A stretch of DNA of 40,000 nt, taken from Listeria phage LIS04. Shown piece after piece: positions 17,213 through 26,030 of this stretch (positions within the stretch are counted from its first letter, which is position 1; every line of letters begins with the position of its first letter). The translations under genes and the position numbers were made by a program. The stretch lies in sequence record OQ999172.1. The stretch is one strand, 5' to 3'. Below the pieces are notes generated by a model. The model was not told the DNA's origin. It did no database searches and worked only from the letters and a program-made list of their open reading frames with translations.

Positions 17213-18028
17213 ATGTATTTAAGAGTTGGAGATGAATTAGGGTCAATACAAGAGTATTATCAGTCCTCTCGTAATTGTGAGTCAGGTGACCTAATAAAAT
17301 CTCTAGTTAGTAAGGGTCTGATTAAATCAGGCGAATTCTATAGAGTTAACTTCGTCAATTCAGAAGGAGTTGCTCTCGTAGATGATAGACTAGGTACTCA
17401 GCTTAGAGCTAATGAGTACCTAGTTCTAGTGCCTAATAAATTCATATGGTTCAAAAAGGTACGTTATCGAAGAGTAAGTCGTACTGCAAAAACTGGGGAC
17501 TTAGTCTTGACTACTTTAGCTAACAAGAAATACATGATACTTAGAGTTGAGTACACTACTGAAAGTGGTGTTTTAGCTAAGTCTGAGGACTTCTCTAAAC
17601 AAGTGACTCATTCTAAGTATGAGGTTCTTGAGAAAGCAGGATCAGTACCTTTAAATTTAGATCCCTATTATCTAGATAAAAGGAGACCTCAACCTTCAAA
17701 CTTGATTCAAGTCGAAGGTGAATATGACTCTTACGGATCAAAATACTCTTACCCAGCGATTCATGAAGTAATTGCAACTAGAGATTCTAAAGTTCTCACT
17801 AAGTCAGGTGAGTTTGAAATTGACAAGTGTAGAGTTCTTGTATTTACAGAAGAGAAGTATGATAAAGTCTACCGAGTCACAGTATTTGGTAAAACTACAG
17901 GTCGTATGGTACAAGTACCTGAGATTGTGATTACAGACTTAGCTAATCGTGTAGAGAAATTAGAGTCTATTATAGACGACTTCTTTACTAGGATGTCTGC
18001 TTCATCTTATTACCGTAGAGACGACTGA
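17213..18028 (+). CDS. hypothetical protein
   Basis: ORF track; CAGGAGG RBS; 271 aa. Confidence 0.7.
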   Translation: MYLRVGDELGSIQEYYQSSRNCESGDLIKSLVSKGLIKSGEFYRVNFVNSEGVALVDDRLGTQLRANEYLVLVPNKFIWFKKVRYRRVSRTAKTGDLVLTTLANKKYMILRVEYTTESGVLAKSEDFSKQVTHSKYEVLEKAGSVPLNLDPYYLDKRRPQPSNLIQVEGEYDSYGSKYSYPAIHEVIATRDSKVLTKSGEFEIDKCRVLVFTEEKYDKVYRVTVFGKTTGRMVQVPEIVITDLANRVEKLESIIDDFFTRMSASSYYRRDD

Positions 18029-18066
18029 TTTCGTCCAGAGAAACTCAAAATAAGGGAGAGAATAAA

Positions 18067-18699
18067 GTGATCCTTACTAAATTGATTAATGATACTCGCA
18101 CTGAAATTTTAGAAGCTCACGTAGGTCAGAGCTTTAGATTTGGTAATCCGTTCGGGTCAGTTGGAATTATTACAGACAGATCCTACATTATGGATGCAAC
18201 AACAGAAGGATTCAACAGGATAGAGTTAGATAAACCTAACTTAGTTGCACTAGGATCAGATCCAACAACCATAAGTTTCATTAATCAAGATAACTTAGTA
18301 AGCTATCTTAATCAAACTCAATCTTACAAGGTCATTACTAGTTTAAATTATGGTAAATCCAATAAATCATCTCGTAAGTCTTTCAGTACTCGAGGTGAAA
18401 GTTATTTAGTAGAGAATAAACTATACATCGTAGCAAAAAGACAGATCGAAGTCATCAGCAGAAGTGAGTCAGAGGTACGTTATAGGTACGAGACTAAAAG
18501 TAATTCTAAAGGTAAGCCAACTTTCTGCTTAATAGAATACTCGAGTCCACAAGAATTACCTGCAGTACTTGAATTCGATACTAATGAATACCTTGACTGG
18601 TTCTTAAAATCTTCAGTAGCTAAAAGTGCTTCTGTAGAATTATCGGAGTACTGGAGTCCTGCCAGTATAGAGTCCGAAGTATTTAGTATCGAAGAATAA
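18067..18699 (+). CDS. hypothetical protein
   Basis: ORF track; 210 aa. Confidence 0.7.
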   Translation: MILTKLINDTRTEILEAHVGQSFRFGNPFGSVGIITDRSYIMDATTEGFNRIELDKPNLVALGSDPTTISFINQDNLVSYLNQTQSYKVITSLNYGKSNKSSRKSFSTRGESYLVENKLYIVAKRQIEVISRSESEVRYRYETKSNSKGKPTFCLIEYSSPQELPAVLEFDTNEYLDWFLKSSVAKSASVELSEYWSPASIESEVFSIEE

Positions 18700-18814
18700 T
18701 ACAAGCATTGGTATTGTAGACCACACAGCCTTGAGAAGTTCTCGATTTAGGCTTATCCTCTATAGTGAGATAATCTCATTATCTAGCGTAATAAGAATTC
18801 GAGGAGGAGTCCTA

Positions 18815-19687
18815 TTGTATAACTACCGTATTCCATGTAAAGAGTCTGAGTATTCTCCAGAGAAGCTAGTAGAGCTAGCTCGCATTGCAACTGAGGATAA
18901 GTTAGTCCACAATCAAAACTTTATTGTCATTGACGAAGATACGTTTAATGGAAGTGGAATTACTAAAAAATACTCATCTGAGAAAGTACTTGGCGTAGCA
19001 AGGTACGATAGTAAAATAGGAGATTTCGATTTCATAAACCACAGCATTACTGCTATGGGAGCTAAATTAAATCCTGAACAATGTATAGTATATCACTACG
19101 TTATGAATGTTCCTGACTTACTATGTATGGCTGTTACTGGTAAAGCTGGTACTGGGAAGAACTTCGTCCTAGCTCTAAGTGGACTCCACAAGCTTAGTAA
19201 AAGTAGAAAGCACTACTCAGGTCTTGCTTATACGAGAGAGATAGGTCCTATGGGTAAGGATCCAGGAGCACTACCTGGAGAACTCGCAGATAAGACTAGG
19301 GAGTACTACGCTCCTCTATTTCAGAATATTGCAGAGATTGCTAGTAAGAGTAACTCTTACCATGATCAATTCGAGAGTGATGTTGAGTTTGTGCATGTAG
19401 CAACTGCTAGAGGTCGAAGTGTTATGGACAAAGCAGTATGGATCATTGATGAATTCCAAAACTTCCACAAGGACTTGAGCAAGCACATACTATCAAGAGC
19501 AGGTAGCGATACTTTAGTCGGTATTTGTGGATCATCTAATCAAATCGATACTAAAGGTTTAACTGAAAATAATAATGGTCTCACTCATTCAATTGAGAAG
19601 TTCTCAGGTCAGCCTTGGTTCACTCATATTGAGTTAGTTAGAAGTGAGAGACAAGGATTATCAGCTTACGTTGATGATTTACTCTAG
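18815..19687 (+). CDS. phoH: PhoH-like P-loop ATPase
   Basis: AVTGKAGTGKNFVLALSGL (Walker A), DKAVWIIDEFQNFHKDLSKHILSRAG (Walker B), LVGICGSSNQID; track start 18731 probably too early, TTG 18815 lies after GAGGAGGAG. Confidence 0.85.
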   Translation: MYNYRIPCKESEYSPEKLVELARIATEDKLVHNQNFIVIDEDTFNGSGITKKYSSEKVLGVARYDSKIGDFDFINHSITAMGAKLNPEQCIVYHYVMNVPDLLCMAVTGKAGTGKNFVLALSGLHKLSKSRKHYSGLAYTREIGPMGKDPGALPGELADKTREYYAPLFQNIAEIASKSNSYHDQFESDVEFVHVATARGRSVMDKAVWIIDEFQNFHKDLSKHILSRAGSDTLVGICGSSNQIDTKGLTENNNGLTHSIEKFSGQPWFTHIELVRSERQGLSAYVDDLL

Positions 19688-19712
19688 AGTGGGAATTATC
19701 CCACTCTTTACT
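19683..19712 (+). terminator. intrinsic terminator
   Basis: AGAGTGGGA-atta-TCCCACTCT followed by TTACTTTTA; overlaps phoH stop. Confidence 0.75.
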
Positions 19713-19762
19713 TTTACTTAAAGTACACTACATCAAGAATAAACATCAAGAGGTGCATACCC

Positions 19763-20131
19763 ATGAGCAGACTTAAAAAGATATGCGAAGATAATGATAT
19801 TAATTTATCTAAGCTAACTAAGGATTTAGCAATCGAAATCGTTAGAGAGTCTCAAGTAAATTGGAGTTCTTACTATGACGAAGTTAATCAACAAATCACT
19901 CTGGACGATCAGTCTATATTTGATCAAGCTTTCAGTGAAGTTGTCCAGTATTTAGATGCTGATTTGACAACAAGGGATCATGAGTTACTTTATGAGTACT
20001 TATATGAGAAGATACCCTCTTCAACTTATGAGATAGCTTATGAGAATATAAAGGAGCTAAGTTCAGAGTACACAAGTTTCTCTAAAGATTCCTATCGTCA
20101 TAATGGAATTTCTCGAGATGACTTTATCTGA
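19763..20131 (+). CDS. hypothetical protein
   Basis: ORF track; 122 aa. Confidence 0.65.
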   Translation: MSRLKKICEDNDINLSKLTKDLAIEIVRESQVNWSSYYDEVNQQITLDDQSIFDQAFSEVVQYLDADLTTRDHELLYEYLYEKIPSSTYEIAYENIKELSSEYTSFSKDSYRHNGISRDDFI

Positions 20132-20143
20132 GAAGGTGATATT

Positions 20144-20326
20144 ATGGAAGAACCTAATAGATGGCAAATAGTCTACTGGGATAATGGAAAAGGTCGTAGT
20201 CGAATTGACAATGAAATAGATGCATTCACTCGAGAAGAAGCACTATCTAAGTTTCAAATCAAGTACCCTTCGGTAACTCGCATTATAGGAGCTTATGAAA
20301 TGCGTAAAGGTGGCTGTAACTGTTGA
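20144..20326 (+). CDS. small hypothetical protein, paralogue of 20341-20655 N-terminus, CNC C-terminus
   Basis: WQIVYWD...EEALSKFQIKYPSVTRIIGAYE. Confidence 0.65.
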   Translation: MEEPNRWQIVYWDNGKGRSRIDNEIDAFTREEALSKFQIKYPSVTRIIGAYEMRKGGCNC

Positions 20327-20340
20327 AGGGAGTTGATTAA

Positions 20341-20655
20341 ATGGCTGACATGATTGAATGGATGGTAGTGTATGAGGATCCTGCTACTACAGAGAGTACT
20401 CATGAGAATATATGGGCAGAATCTATGGAAGAAGCTCGTACTGAGTTCTTAGAGTTATCTCCTGATGTAACTCGAGTTATCGGAATTTACGTAGCGGAAA
20501 CTGTAGGATGCACTAAGAAGTACTCAGGTGAGGCACCTAAACCTGACCCTACTCCAGATCCTGATCCTACTGACGGTGAGGGTACTGGAACTGATCCTGA
20601 TGGATCAGAAGGGACTGGAGGTACAGGTGAAGATTCAGGAGGTTCATCTGCTTAA
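20341..20655 (+). CDS. hypothetical protein with Pro/Asp/Gly-rich acidic low-complexity tail
   Basis: WMVVYED...EEARTEFLELSPDVTRVIGIYV then KPDPTPDPDPTDGEGTGTDPDGSEGTGGTG. Confidence 0.7.
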   Translation: MADMIEWMVVYEDPATTESTHENIWAESMEEARTEFLELSPDVTRVIGIYVAETVGCTKKYSGEAPKPDPTPDPDPTDGEGTGTDPDGSEGTGGTGEDSGGSSA

Positions 20656-20659
20656 TTAC

Positions 20660-20694
20660 GCTCGATTTAAGTAGGCTAGACGTTTATAAGGTTA
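20660..20694 (+). promoter_or_regulatory. bipartite promoter-like element
   Basis: GCTCGATT ... AGACGTTTATAAGG, standard spacing. Confidence 0.7.
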
Positions 20695-20745
20695 GAGAAG
20701 GTCGAGCAAGTGATAAGATAGTGGCGGCTAACTTAATCTTACTTA

Positions 20746-20780
20746 GCTCGATTTACTCTGACTAAACGTCTATACTTGTG
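20746..20780 (+). promoter_or_regulatory. bipartite promoter-like element
   Basis: GCTCGATT ... AAACGTCTATACTTGTG, standard spacing. Confidence 0.75.
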
Positions 20781-20902
20781 AGTCATTTTTCTTTCTAGGG
20801 AAGACTAAGTCTTCTATCCAAGTTACCACCCACCCAACCACAGGCGAGCCTAGTCTTGCCTAGAGAGAATAATGTTTACTAATTCTAGGAGGTATGTACA
20901 TC

Positions 20903-21124
20903 TTGAATCCAAAACAACCAAAAGTCAGATTTCATCTAGAACTTATCAGTTACTTACGTAAAGGACGTAGACCTGACTTCCTACTAGGAGCTAATTTAAA
21001 TAGTAGTCAAGGTCCATTTTCTTACTATGATGAGGATAAGGATAAATACGTATCTAAAAGAGAGAACTATTTAATGCTCTATTTAGGATTTTGGAGCCTA
21101 ATGATTGGATTTGTTTATAAATGA
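20903..21124 (+). CDS. small hypothetical protein
   Basis: Track start ATG 20894 is 1 nt from GGAGG; TTG 20903 is better spaced. Confidence 0.6.
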   Translation: MNPKQPKVRFHLELISYLRKGRRPDFLLGANLNSSQGPFSYYDEDKDKYVSKRENYLMLYLGFWSLMIGFVYK

Positions 21125-21417
21125 GTAAACTCTCAAAAGGTATTATCGGATGGTTGAGTCCTGAAGGTGAGCTTACGGAGTGCAAGTATGGTGAACATTA
21201 TAGAACTAGTGCAAATTTACTAAGTACAATTGACTCATCAGATGAAGTAAATTTAGCTACAGACTATATCTACTTCGGATTTGATCCAGCATCTGAATGC
21301 TACACAGTTCATAAAGTAAGTGAACTCACTGAGTCTCAGCTACAGTGGATTAGCAGTAATTCAGACAAACTTAGTTATGATCAACTTATATGTTTAGAAT
21401 TCTCAAATTATATGTAA
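21121..21417 (+). CDS. hypothetical protein
   Basis: ATGA overlap with previous gene; 98 aa. Confidence 0.6.
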   Translation: MSKLSKGIIGWLSPEGELTECKYGEHYRTSANLLSTIDSSDEVNLATDYIYFGFDPASECYTVHKVSELTESQLQWISSNSDKLSYDQLICLEFSNYM

Positions 21418-21425
21418 CTACCTCA

Positions 21426-21460
21426 TGGCTAAGTTGAAATTATAACTTAGCTATTTTTAA
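21426..21460 (+). terminator. intrinsic terminator
   Basis: TGGCTAAGTT-gaaattat-AACTTAGCTA followed by TTTTTAATTTT. Confidence 0.75.
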
Positions 21461-21500
21461 TTTTAAGGCTTGTATTCTGTAAATACGGAGGGGATCGTCG

Positions 21501-21800
21501 ATGATTGAATTTGATTACCTTAAGGTACAACTAAAAGATGTTGATCTACAAAGAAAGATAGTCAAACACTTGAGTAGAGTACTACCTGGATGCTCAGAGC
21601 CTCAGATGCTCAATCCTCATACATGGGTACTATGGTGTGATACTACGTACAAAGACTATCAATTAGAGAAACGCATCCACGGTGAGCTCGAAGATGTAGA
21701 GATTGAGTTGAATAACACTACTCATCGATTTAGAGAGATCATCCAAGTCAAGTGCATGAAGCGTGATGAAGACAAGATCTCAGCTACATTATTCTTCTAG
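21501..21800 (+). CDS. hypothetical protein
   Basis: GGAGGGGATCGTCG-ATG; 99 aa. Confidence 0.65.
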   Translation: MIEFDYLKVQLKDVDLQRKIVKHLSRVLPGCSEPQMLNPHTWVLWCDTTYKDYQLEKRIHGELEDVEIELNNTTHRFREIIQVKCMKRDEDKISATLFF

Positions 21801-21839
21801 TAACTGATTAGACAGACCAAAAAGAAAAGTTAAAGGTCA

Positions 21840-21872
21840 GCTCTATTTAGTGTCTACACACGTCTACAGGTT
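21840..21872 (+). promoter_or_regulatory. bipartite promoter-like element (divergent)
   Basis: GCTCTATT ... ACACGTCTACAGG, spacing -2. Confidence 0.5.
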
Positions 21873-21980
21873 GGTACAGGCGTTGTAATCGGTTCAGCGA
21901 AAGGCGGTTCGGCTCTAACTTATGACGCCTTAAGGAGCTTGGTACCAGTCGATGATTCTAATAGAAAGGAGATGATAATA

Positions 21981-22715
21981 ATGGAGACAGGTAAAAGAGT
22001 AGGTGTGATAAGTGACATCCACGGTGAGTATGATCTGCTTGTAGACCTTCTACGAAAGATCAATTACAATCCTTCTGAATGGACTCTCATCTTCCTTGGT
22101 GATTATGTGGATAAAGGTCCTAAGTCAAAAGAAGTAGTCAGTCTAATTAAGAAGCTTGTTGAACATCACGAGTGTATTGCAATTAAAGGCAATCACGATT
22201 ACAAGTTCGTTAAGTGGATGAAAGGTAATCCAACTGCACCTTCAGGTATTTCAGAAACAATCAAGAGTTATACAGGTACACACGTGGACTCACTCATTCA
22301 GAATAAGATCGAGTTAGCTCAGATGCGTAAGTACATTAACCGTGAGTACTCTTCACATATCAGATTTCTTGATTCATTGCCTCTTTACCATGAGGATGAC
22401 AACCATATCTACGTACATGCAGGTATAGACTTAAGTAGAGTTGATTGGCAGAATTCTCATCGTGACAAGTTCTTGTTCTCACGTAAGGAGTTCTATGCTT
22501 ATCCTAACATTAATGATAAGCCTGTAGTGTTTGGACATACTGAATGTGATGAGATCCATCAATCCAATGATCCTTGGATTACGGATGATAAGGTAGCCGT
22601 TGATGGTGGAGCGTATAGGGATGATGGACAATTAAACTGCTTAGAGATCATAGGCAAAGGTGACTACATTACACATAGTGTAAGTAAGTCTAATGTGCTT
22701 AATAAAGCAGTATGA
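21981..22715 (+). CDS. calcineurin-like metallophosphoesterase (Ser/Thr phosphatase-like)
   Basis: GVISDIHGEYD, LIFLGDYVDKGPKS, IKGNHD, VFGHTE motifs; ATG 21981 after AAAGGAG. Confidence 0.9.
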   Translation: METGKRVGVISDIHGEYDLLVDLLRKINYNPSEWTLIFLGDYVDKGPKSKEVVSLIKKLVEHHECIAIKGNHDYKFVKWMKGNPTAPSGISETIKSYTGTHVDSLIQNKIELAQMRKYINREYSSHIRFLDSLPLYHEDDNHIYVHAGIDLSRVDWQNSHRDKFLFSRKEFYAYPNINDKPVVFGHTECDEIHQSNDPWITDDKVAVDGGAYRDDGQLNCLEIIGKGDYITHSVSKSNVLNKAV

Positions 22716-23005
22716 TGTCGGCGAGCACAAGTCTGCGGGAAAGCCTATAGCAAATTAAAAGGTTAAATTATAAGGTGAATTCGCCGACGTAACCGCTGGA
22801 CTCGAAAGAAAATTCGCCGAAAACCAAGCGAATTCGCTCAAAAATCATTCGTGTCGTGCGTTTTTAATTGCATTCATAATAATCAATGCTAACCTATAGA
22901 TAGGATAATCTAGCTTCAAAAATCAACACCAAACAATAGATCTTGGTGGTTTTGGCGGTCGGCGCCGAATCGTGAGGCTCGTGACACTAAGAAATGGAGG
23001 TTGTT

Positions 23006-23689
23006 ATGGATCCAATTTTTAATCAAGGGTTTGTTGTATGCACCAATCCAAATCTTGATAATTTAGAGTTCTTACGAACTTACTTCTTCTATGAAGATCG
23101 TAGCGATAATGTAGTAATGGTAACATCTTGTGATAAGCATCCGATGAGGAGTAATAGTCGAGCAGTAGCTGTAATGGATCCTAGACAGTTTAAAGAAAGT
23201 TTCTCTAGTAGAATGACGTATTACTTAAAACTTGATCGTTCTATACTAGAGTATGACCTTGATTACGAAAAGTATGATATTGAGTTTGTTGAAGTCTTTA
23301 AGAAATTTGGTATCTTCAAGAAGACTCTTAGTACTAGGTACAAGTTTTGCAAGTACAATAATCATATAGATCACAAAATATTAGTTAATGTAGTCCTACC
23401 GATTAAGGCTCTGATAACTGATCACATCGAAGTATATAACACATTCTCAGATAGTATCAAAATGTGTATAGATAACTTATCCTCGATTTACAGTGATAGT
23501 ACTCTGATGTCTATCTCGGATGAAATCGATAAGATAGTGAGAAATACATCACTTCTTATTCAGGAGTATTATAAATTTGCTATCGACAATATAGATACTA
23601 GCCTAGATCCTCAAAGTGAAGCTTTGAGTAACTATAATGCTAGTTTAGAACTTATGATCAAAAATATGAAAGAGATTAATAAAATTTAA
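23006..23689 (+). CDS. hypothetical protein
   Basis: ATGGAGG RBS upstream of ATG 23006; 227 aa. Confidence 0.7.
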   Translation: MDPIFNQGFVVCTNPNLDNLEFLRTYFFYEDRSDNVVMVTSCDKHPMRSNSRAVAVMDPRQFKESFSSRMTYYLKLDRSILEYDLDYEKYDIEFVEVFKKFGIFKKTLSTRYKFCKYNNHIDHKILVNVVLPIKALITDHIEVYNTFSDSIKMCIDNLSSIYSDSTLMSISDEIDKIVRNTSLLIQEYYKFAIDNIDTSLDPQSEALSNYNASLELMIKNMKEINKI

Positions 23690-23711
23690 TGTCTCAAGTA
23701 GACTACCGGAG

Positions 23712-24308
23712 GTGGGTATTATATCTACAAAAACTCAACTTAGCGAATTCTTGGACATCCCTCATACTCTATGCTTTACAGGTCATCGTCCAGGTAAACA
23801 TTTCCCTAACGACATGAATTCTCCTGAATGTAGGAGAGTTGCTCAGTCACTGTATGAGCTCTGCGAATGGTGCATTATTAATAAGGAAATAAGTATTTTC
23901 AGGTCAGGTGCTGCAGAAGGTATCGATCAAATAGCTTTTTGGGTAGTTCACTCACTCAAGTCTAAGTACCCTCATATTAGGAATATAGTTGACGTACCAT
24001 ACAAAGATCACACAAAAGGTAAAAGTCAATCTTACGATCAAATGCTTACTTTAGCAGATGAAGTAGTATATGTAGATACTCAGCCGAGGTACAAACTAAC
24101 TAGCGCTAAAGAGGGAGAGTATTCTAGAAAGAAATTCCTTAATAGAAATATGTTTATGGTTAGTAAGAGTAAATATGTCATAGCATTCTTTGATGGTAGT
24201 AAAGGAGGAACTGGTCACTGTTTCAATCATGCAATGACTAGATCAAGAACTATCTACCGAATTAATCCACTAACTTTTGAAGTGCAGGTATATAACCATG
24301 CAGAATAG
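23712..24308 (+). CDS. SLOG superfamily YspA/YpsA-like (DUF1273-like) protein
   Basis: LCFTGHRPGKH...ISIFRSGAAEGIDQIAFWVV...NIVDVPYKDH...ADEVVYVD...RNMFMVSKSKYVIAFFDGSKGGTGHCFNHA; start codon uncertain. Confidence 0.7.
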   Translation: MGIISTKTQLSEFLDIPHTLCFTGHRPGKHFPNDMNSPECRRVAQSLYELCEWCIINKEISIFRSGAAEGIDQIAFWVVHSLKSKYPHIRNIVDVPYKDHTKGKSQSYDQMLTLADEVVYVDTQPRYKLTSAKEGEYSRKKFLNRNMFMVSKSKYVIAFFDGSKGGTGHCFNHAMTRSRTIYRINPLTFEVQVYNHAE

Positions 24309-24735
24309 ACGACAGCTAGAATGTTCTACATCAGGAGATAAGAGATTTTCATCACTTTATGCTAAAGTCACGATTTTCGGTACACATGACTGCGTTGAAA
24401 ATCACGTACAGAATAGTAAGAGATTCATAGGTAAACAACCTTCTAATTGGAGAGAAGCTCGTGATAAGTATGCGGTACACTTAGAGATAGAAGGAGTCAG
24501 ATTACCATCAAGACTCCTACCTCAATGGACTAAATTACTTTGGATGAAGTATCTAGACGCTAATCCTGAATTAGTTGAGTACGCTAAAACTTATAATGTA
24601 TTCACTGATAGATTCGATCCTAATAATGCTCAAGCTATTAAGCAGTATGTTAAGAGAGGTCGAGATACTATTATTAGAGACTGCTCAGAACTATTGGAGT
24701 TTATCAACAATTCAGAATTATCAAATAAACTATAA
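24298..24735 (+). CDS. hypothetical protein, overlaps and is probably coupled to the SLOG gene
   Basis: NWREARDKYAVHLEIEGVRLPSRLLPQWTKLLWMKYLDANPELVEYAK; ATG 24298 more plausible than 24277. Confidence 0.65.
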   Translation: MQNRRQLECSTSGDKRFSSLYAKVTIFGTHDCVENHVQNSKRFIGKQPSNWREARDKYAVHLEIEGVRLPSRLLPQWTKLLWMKYLDANPELVEYAKTYNVFTDRFDPNNAQAIKQYVKRGRDTIIRDCSELLEFINNSELSNKL

Positions 24736-24743
24736 GGAGAGTA

Positions 24744-24947
24744 ATGGAAATGAGTCAAGAAACAATATTTGTATTTAGCCATATTTTATGTATCCTATTT
24801 GGAGTATTTATAGGATCATTCAACTATAAAAATAAGATAATGGAGAAACTCGATTCAGAGTACTTGTATCTAAGAGGTACCTGGATCAAATTATCTACAG
24901 TTACTGTTATCAAAAGAAAGAAGGTGAGTACTTATGGCAGAGACTAA
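24744..24947 (+). CDS. small membrane hypothetical protein
   Basis: AAGGAGAG RBS; IFVFSHILCILFGVFIGSF hydrophobic. Confidence 0.6.
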   Translation: MEMSQETIFVFSHILCILFGVFIGSFNYKNKIMEKLDSEYLYLRGTWIKLSTVTVIKRKKVSTYGRD

Positions 24948-25116
24948 GAAAGTAGTCCCTCATAAATGTCCTAGATGTGGATGGAATTCTAGAATAATTT
25001 ATGAACTTCATGACTACTATGTAGATCCTAGATCTAAATTATGTGGTTGTGATGAAGAACCTATTCCAGTAGGTAGTCATCCTACTTGGGATCAATGGAT
25101 TGCATTTAATAAGTAA
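24934..25116 (+). CDS. small zinc-ribbon-like protein
   Basis: CPRCGWN...CGCD Cys pairs; overlaps previous ORF by 14 nt. Confidence 0.6.
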   Translation: MAETKKVVPHKCPRCGWNSRIIYELHDYYVDPRSKLCGCDEEPIPVGSHPTWDQWIAFNK

Positions 25117-25273
25117 TTAAACTCGATGCTCATATCAATTCAGATCAAACTCAATCTGAAATGGTATGAGCATTCTTTGTGAAAATTTGTAGTAATAGAT
25201 AAGTGATAAGTACTAAGTACTTAGTACTTATGATCTATAAGGCTAGTAAGTTTATAAAAATTTTAAAATTATT

Positions 25274-25305
25274 GCTCGATTTAGAATCCTTATGCGTTTA
25301 TAGGT
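25274..25305 (+). promoter_or_regulatory. bipartite promoter-like element
   Basis: GCTCGATT ... ATGCGTTTATAGG, standard spacing. Confidence 0.7.
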
Positions 25306-25325
25306 TAAAAGAGGAGGGAGCTATA

Positions 25326-25772
25326 TTGAATAAGAGATACTCACTTATTGTATTTACTACTGAATATATAGATTCATCATCACTACTGGATCAGCAGCAT
25401 CAGAATTACTTATCTACTATACAATTTGATACATCTCTTATCAAACTAGGAGTAATTCAGTACGAGTCTGATAAATCCCTCATCTCAGATATTATTAGAT
25501 TTAATGTTAATGGAACTTATGAATACTTACATAAATCAATCCCTGCAAAATTAGTTTCTAAGTTACTAGATAAAGAAATTGATAACTTAGAATCATGTGG
25601 ATGGACTTATGATAATCTATTCATAGGAACTACAGCTCAAGTATTGATAGAGAATCTCAAATCATATGTATTAGTAAACGATTCAGTTAAAGTAGCTACT
25701 AATTCAGATAATCGCATTAGTCATCTAAATTGGTTATTTGATGACTTAGATCAAGGATTTAATTTTAATTAA
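25326..25772 (+). CDS. hypothetical protein
   Basis: Track start 25203 extends through a promoter-like element; TTG 25326 follows GAGGAGGGAG. Confidence 0.65.
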   Translation: MNKRYSLIVFTTEYIDSSSLLDQQHQNYLSTIQFDTSLIKLGVIQYESDKSLISDIIRFNVNGTYEYLHKSIPAKLVSKLLDKEIDNLESCGWTYDNLFIGTTAQVLIENLKSYVLVNDSVKVATNSDNRISHLNWLFDDLDQGFNFN

Positions 25773-25802
25773 TTTTACTACAGATTAATGGAGGTACTAG
25801 TA

Positions 25803-26030
25803 TTGTTTACAATTGTTAGTGAAAGTGTTTTTAGTTCTTTTCTAGATAGTTACTCTAATAAGTTCGGTAGTCTAAGTACTATATGCTATGAGAGTAAGTC
25901 ACCTGCAGTTCCTGAATATACTGAAATGAAGCATTCAGGTGAGTTGGTAGCTTTTACTAGTACGATTTCCGATACTTCTAAAATGTACTGTTTATCAAAT
26001 TCAGTGTTTGATCAATTAGGAGGAATTTAA
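25803..26030 (+). CDS. hypothetical protein
   Basis: TTG 25803 after ATGGAGG; 75 aa. Confidence 0.55.
   Translation: MFTIVSESVFSSFLDSYSNKFGSLSTICYESKSPAVPEYTEMKHSGELVAFTSTISDTSKMYCLSNSVFDQLGGI

Noticed and set aside
24575-24778. Track ORF of 67 aa
   Set aside because: Nested out of frame in the 24298-24735 CDS with low-complexity composition and no RBS.
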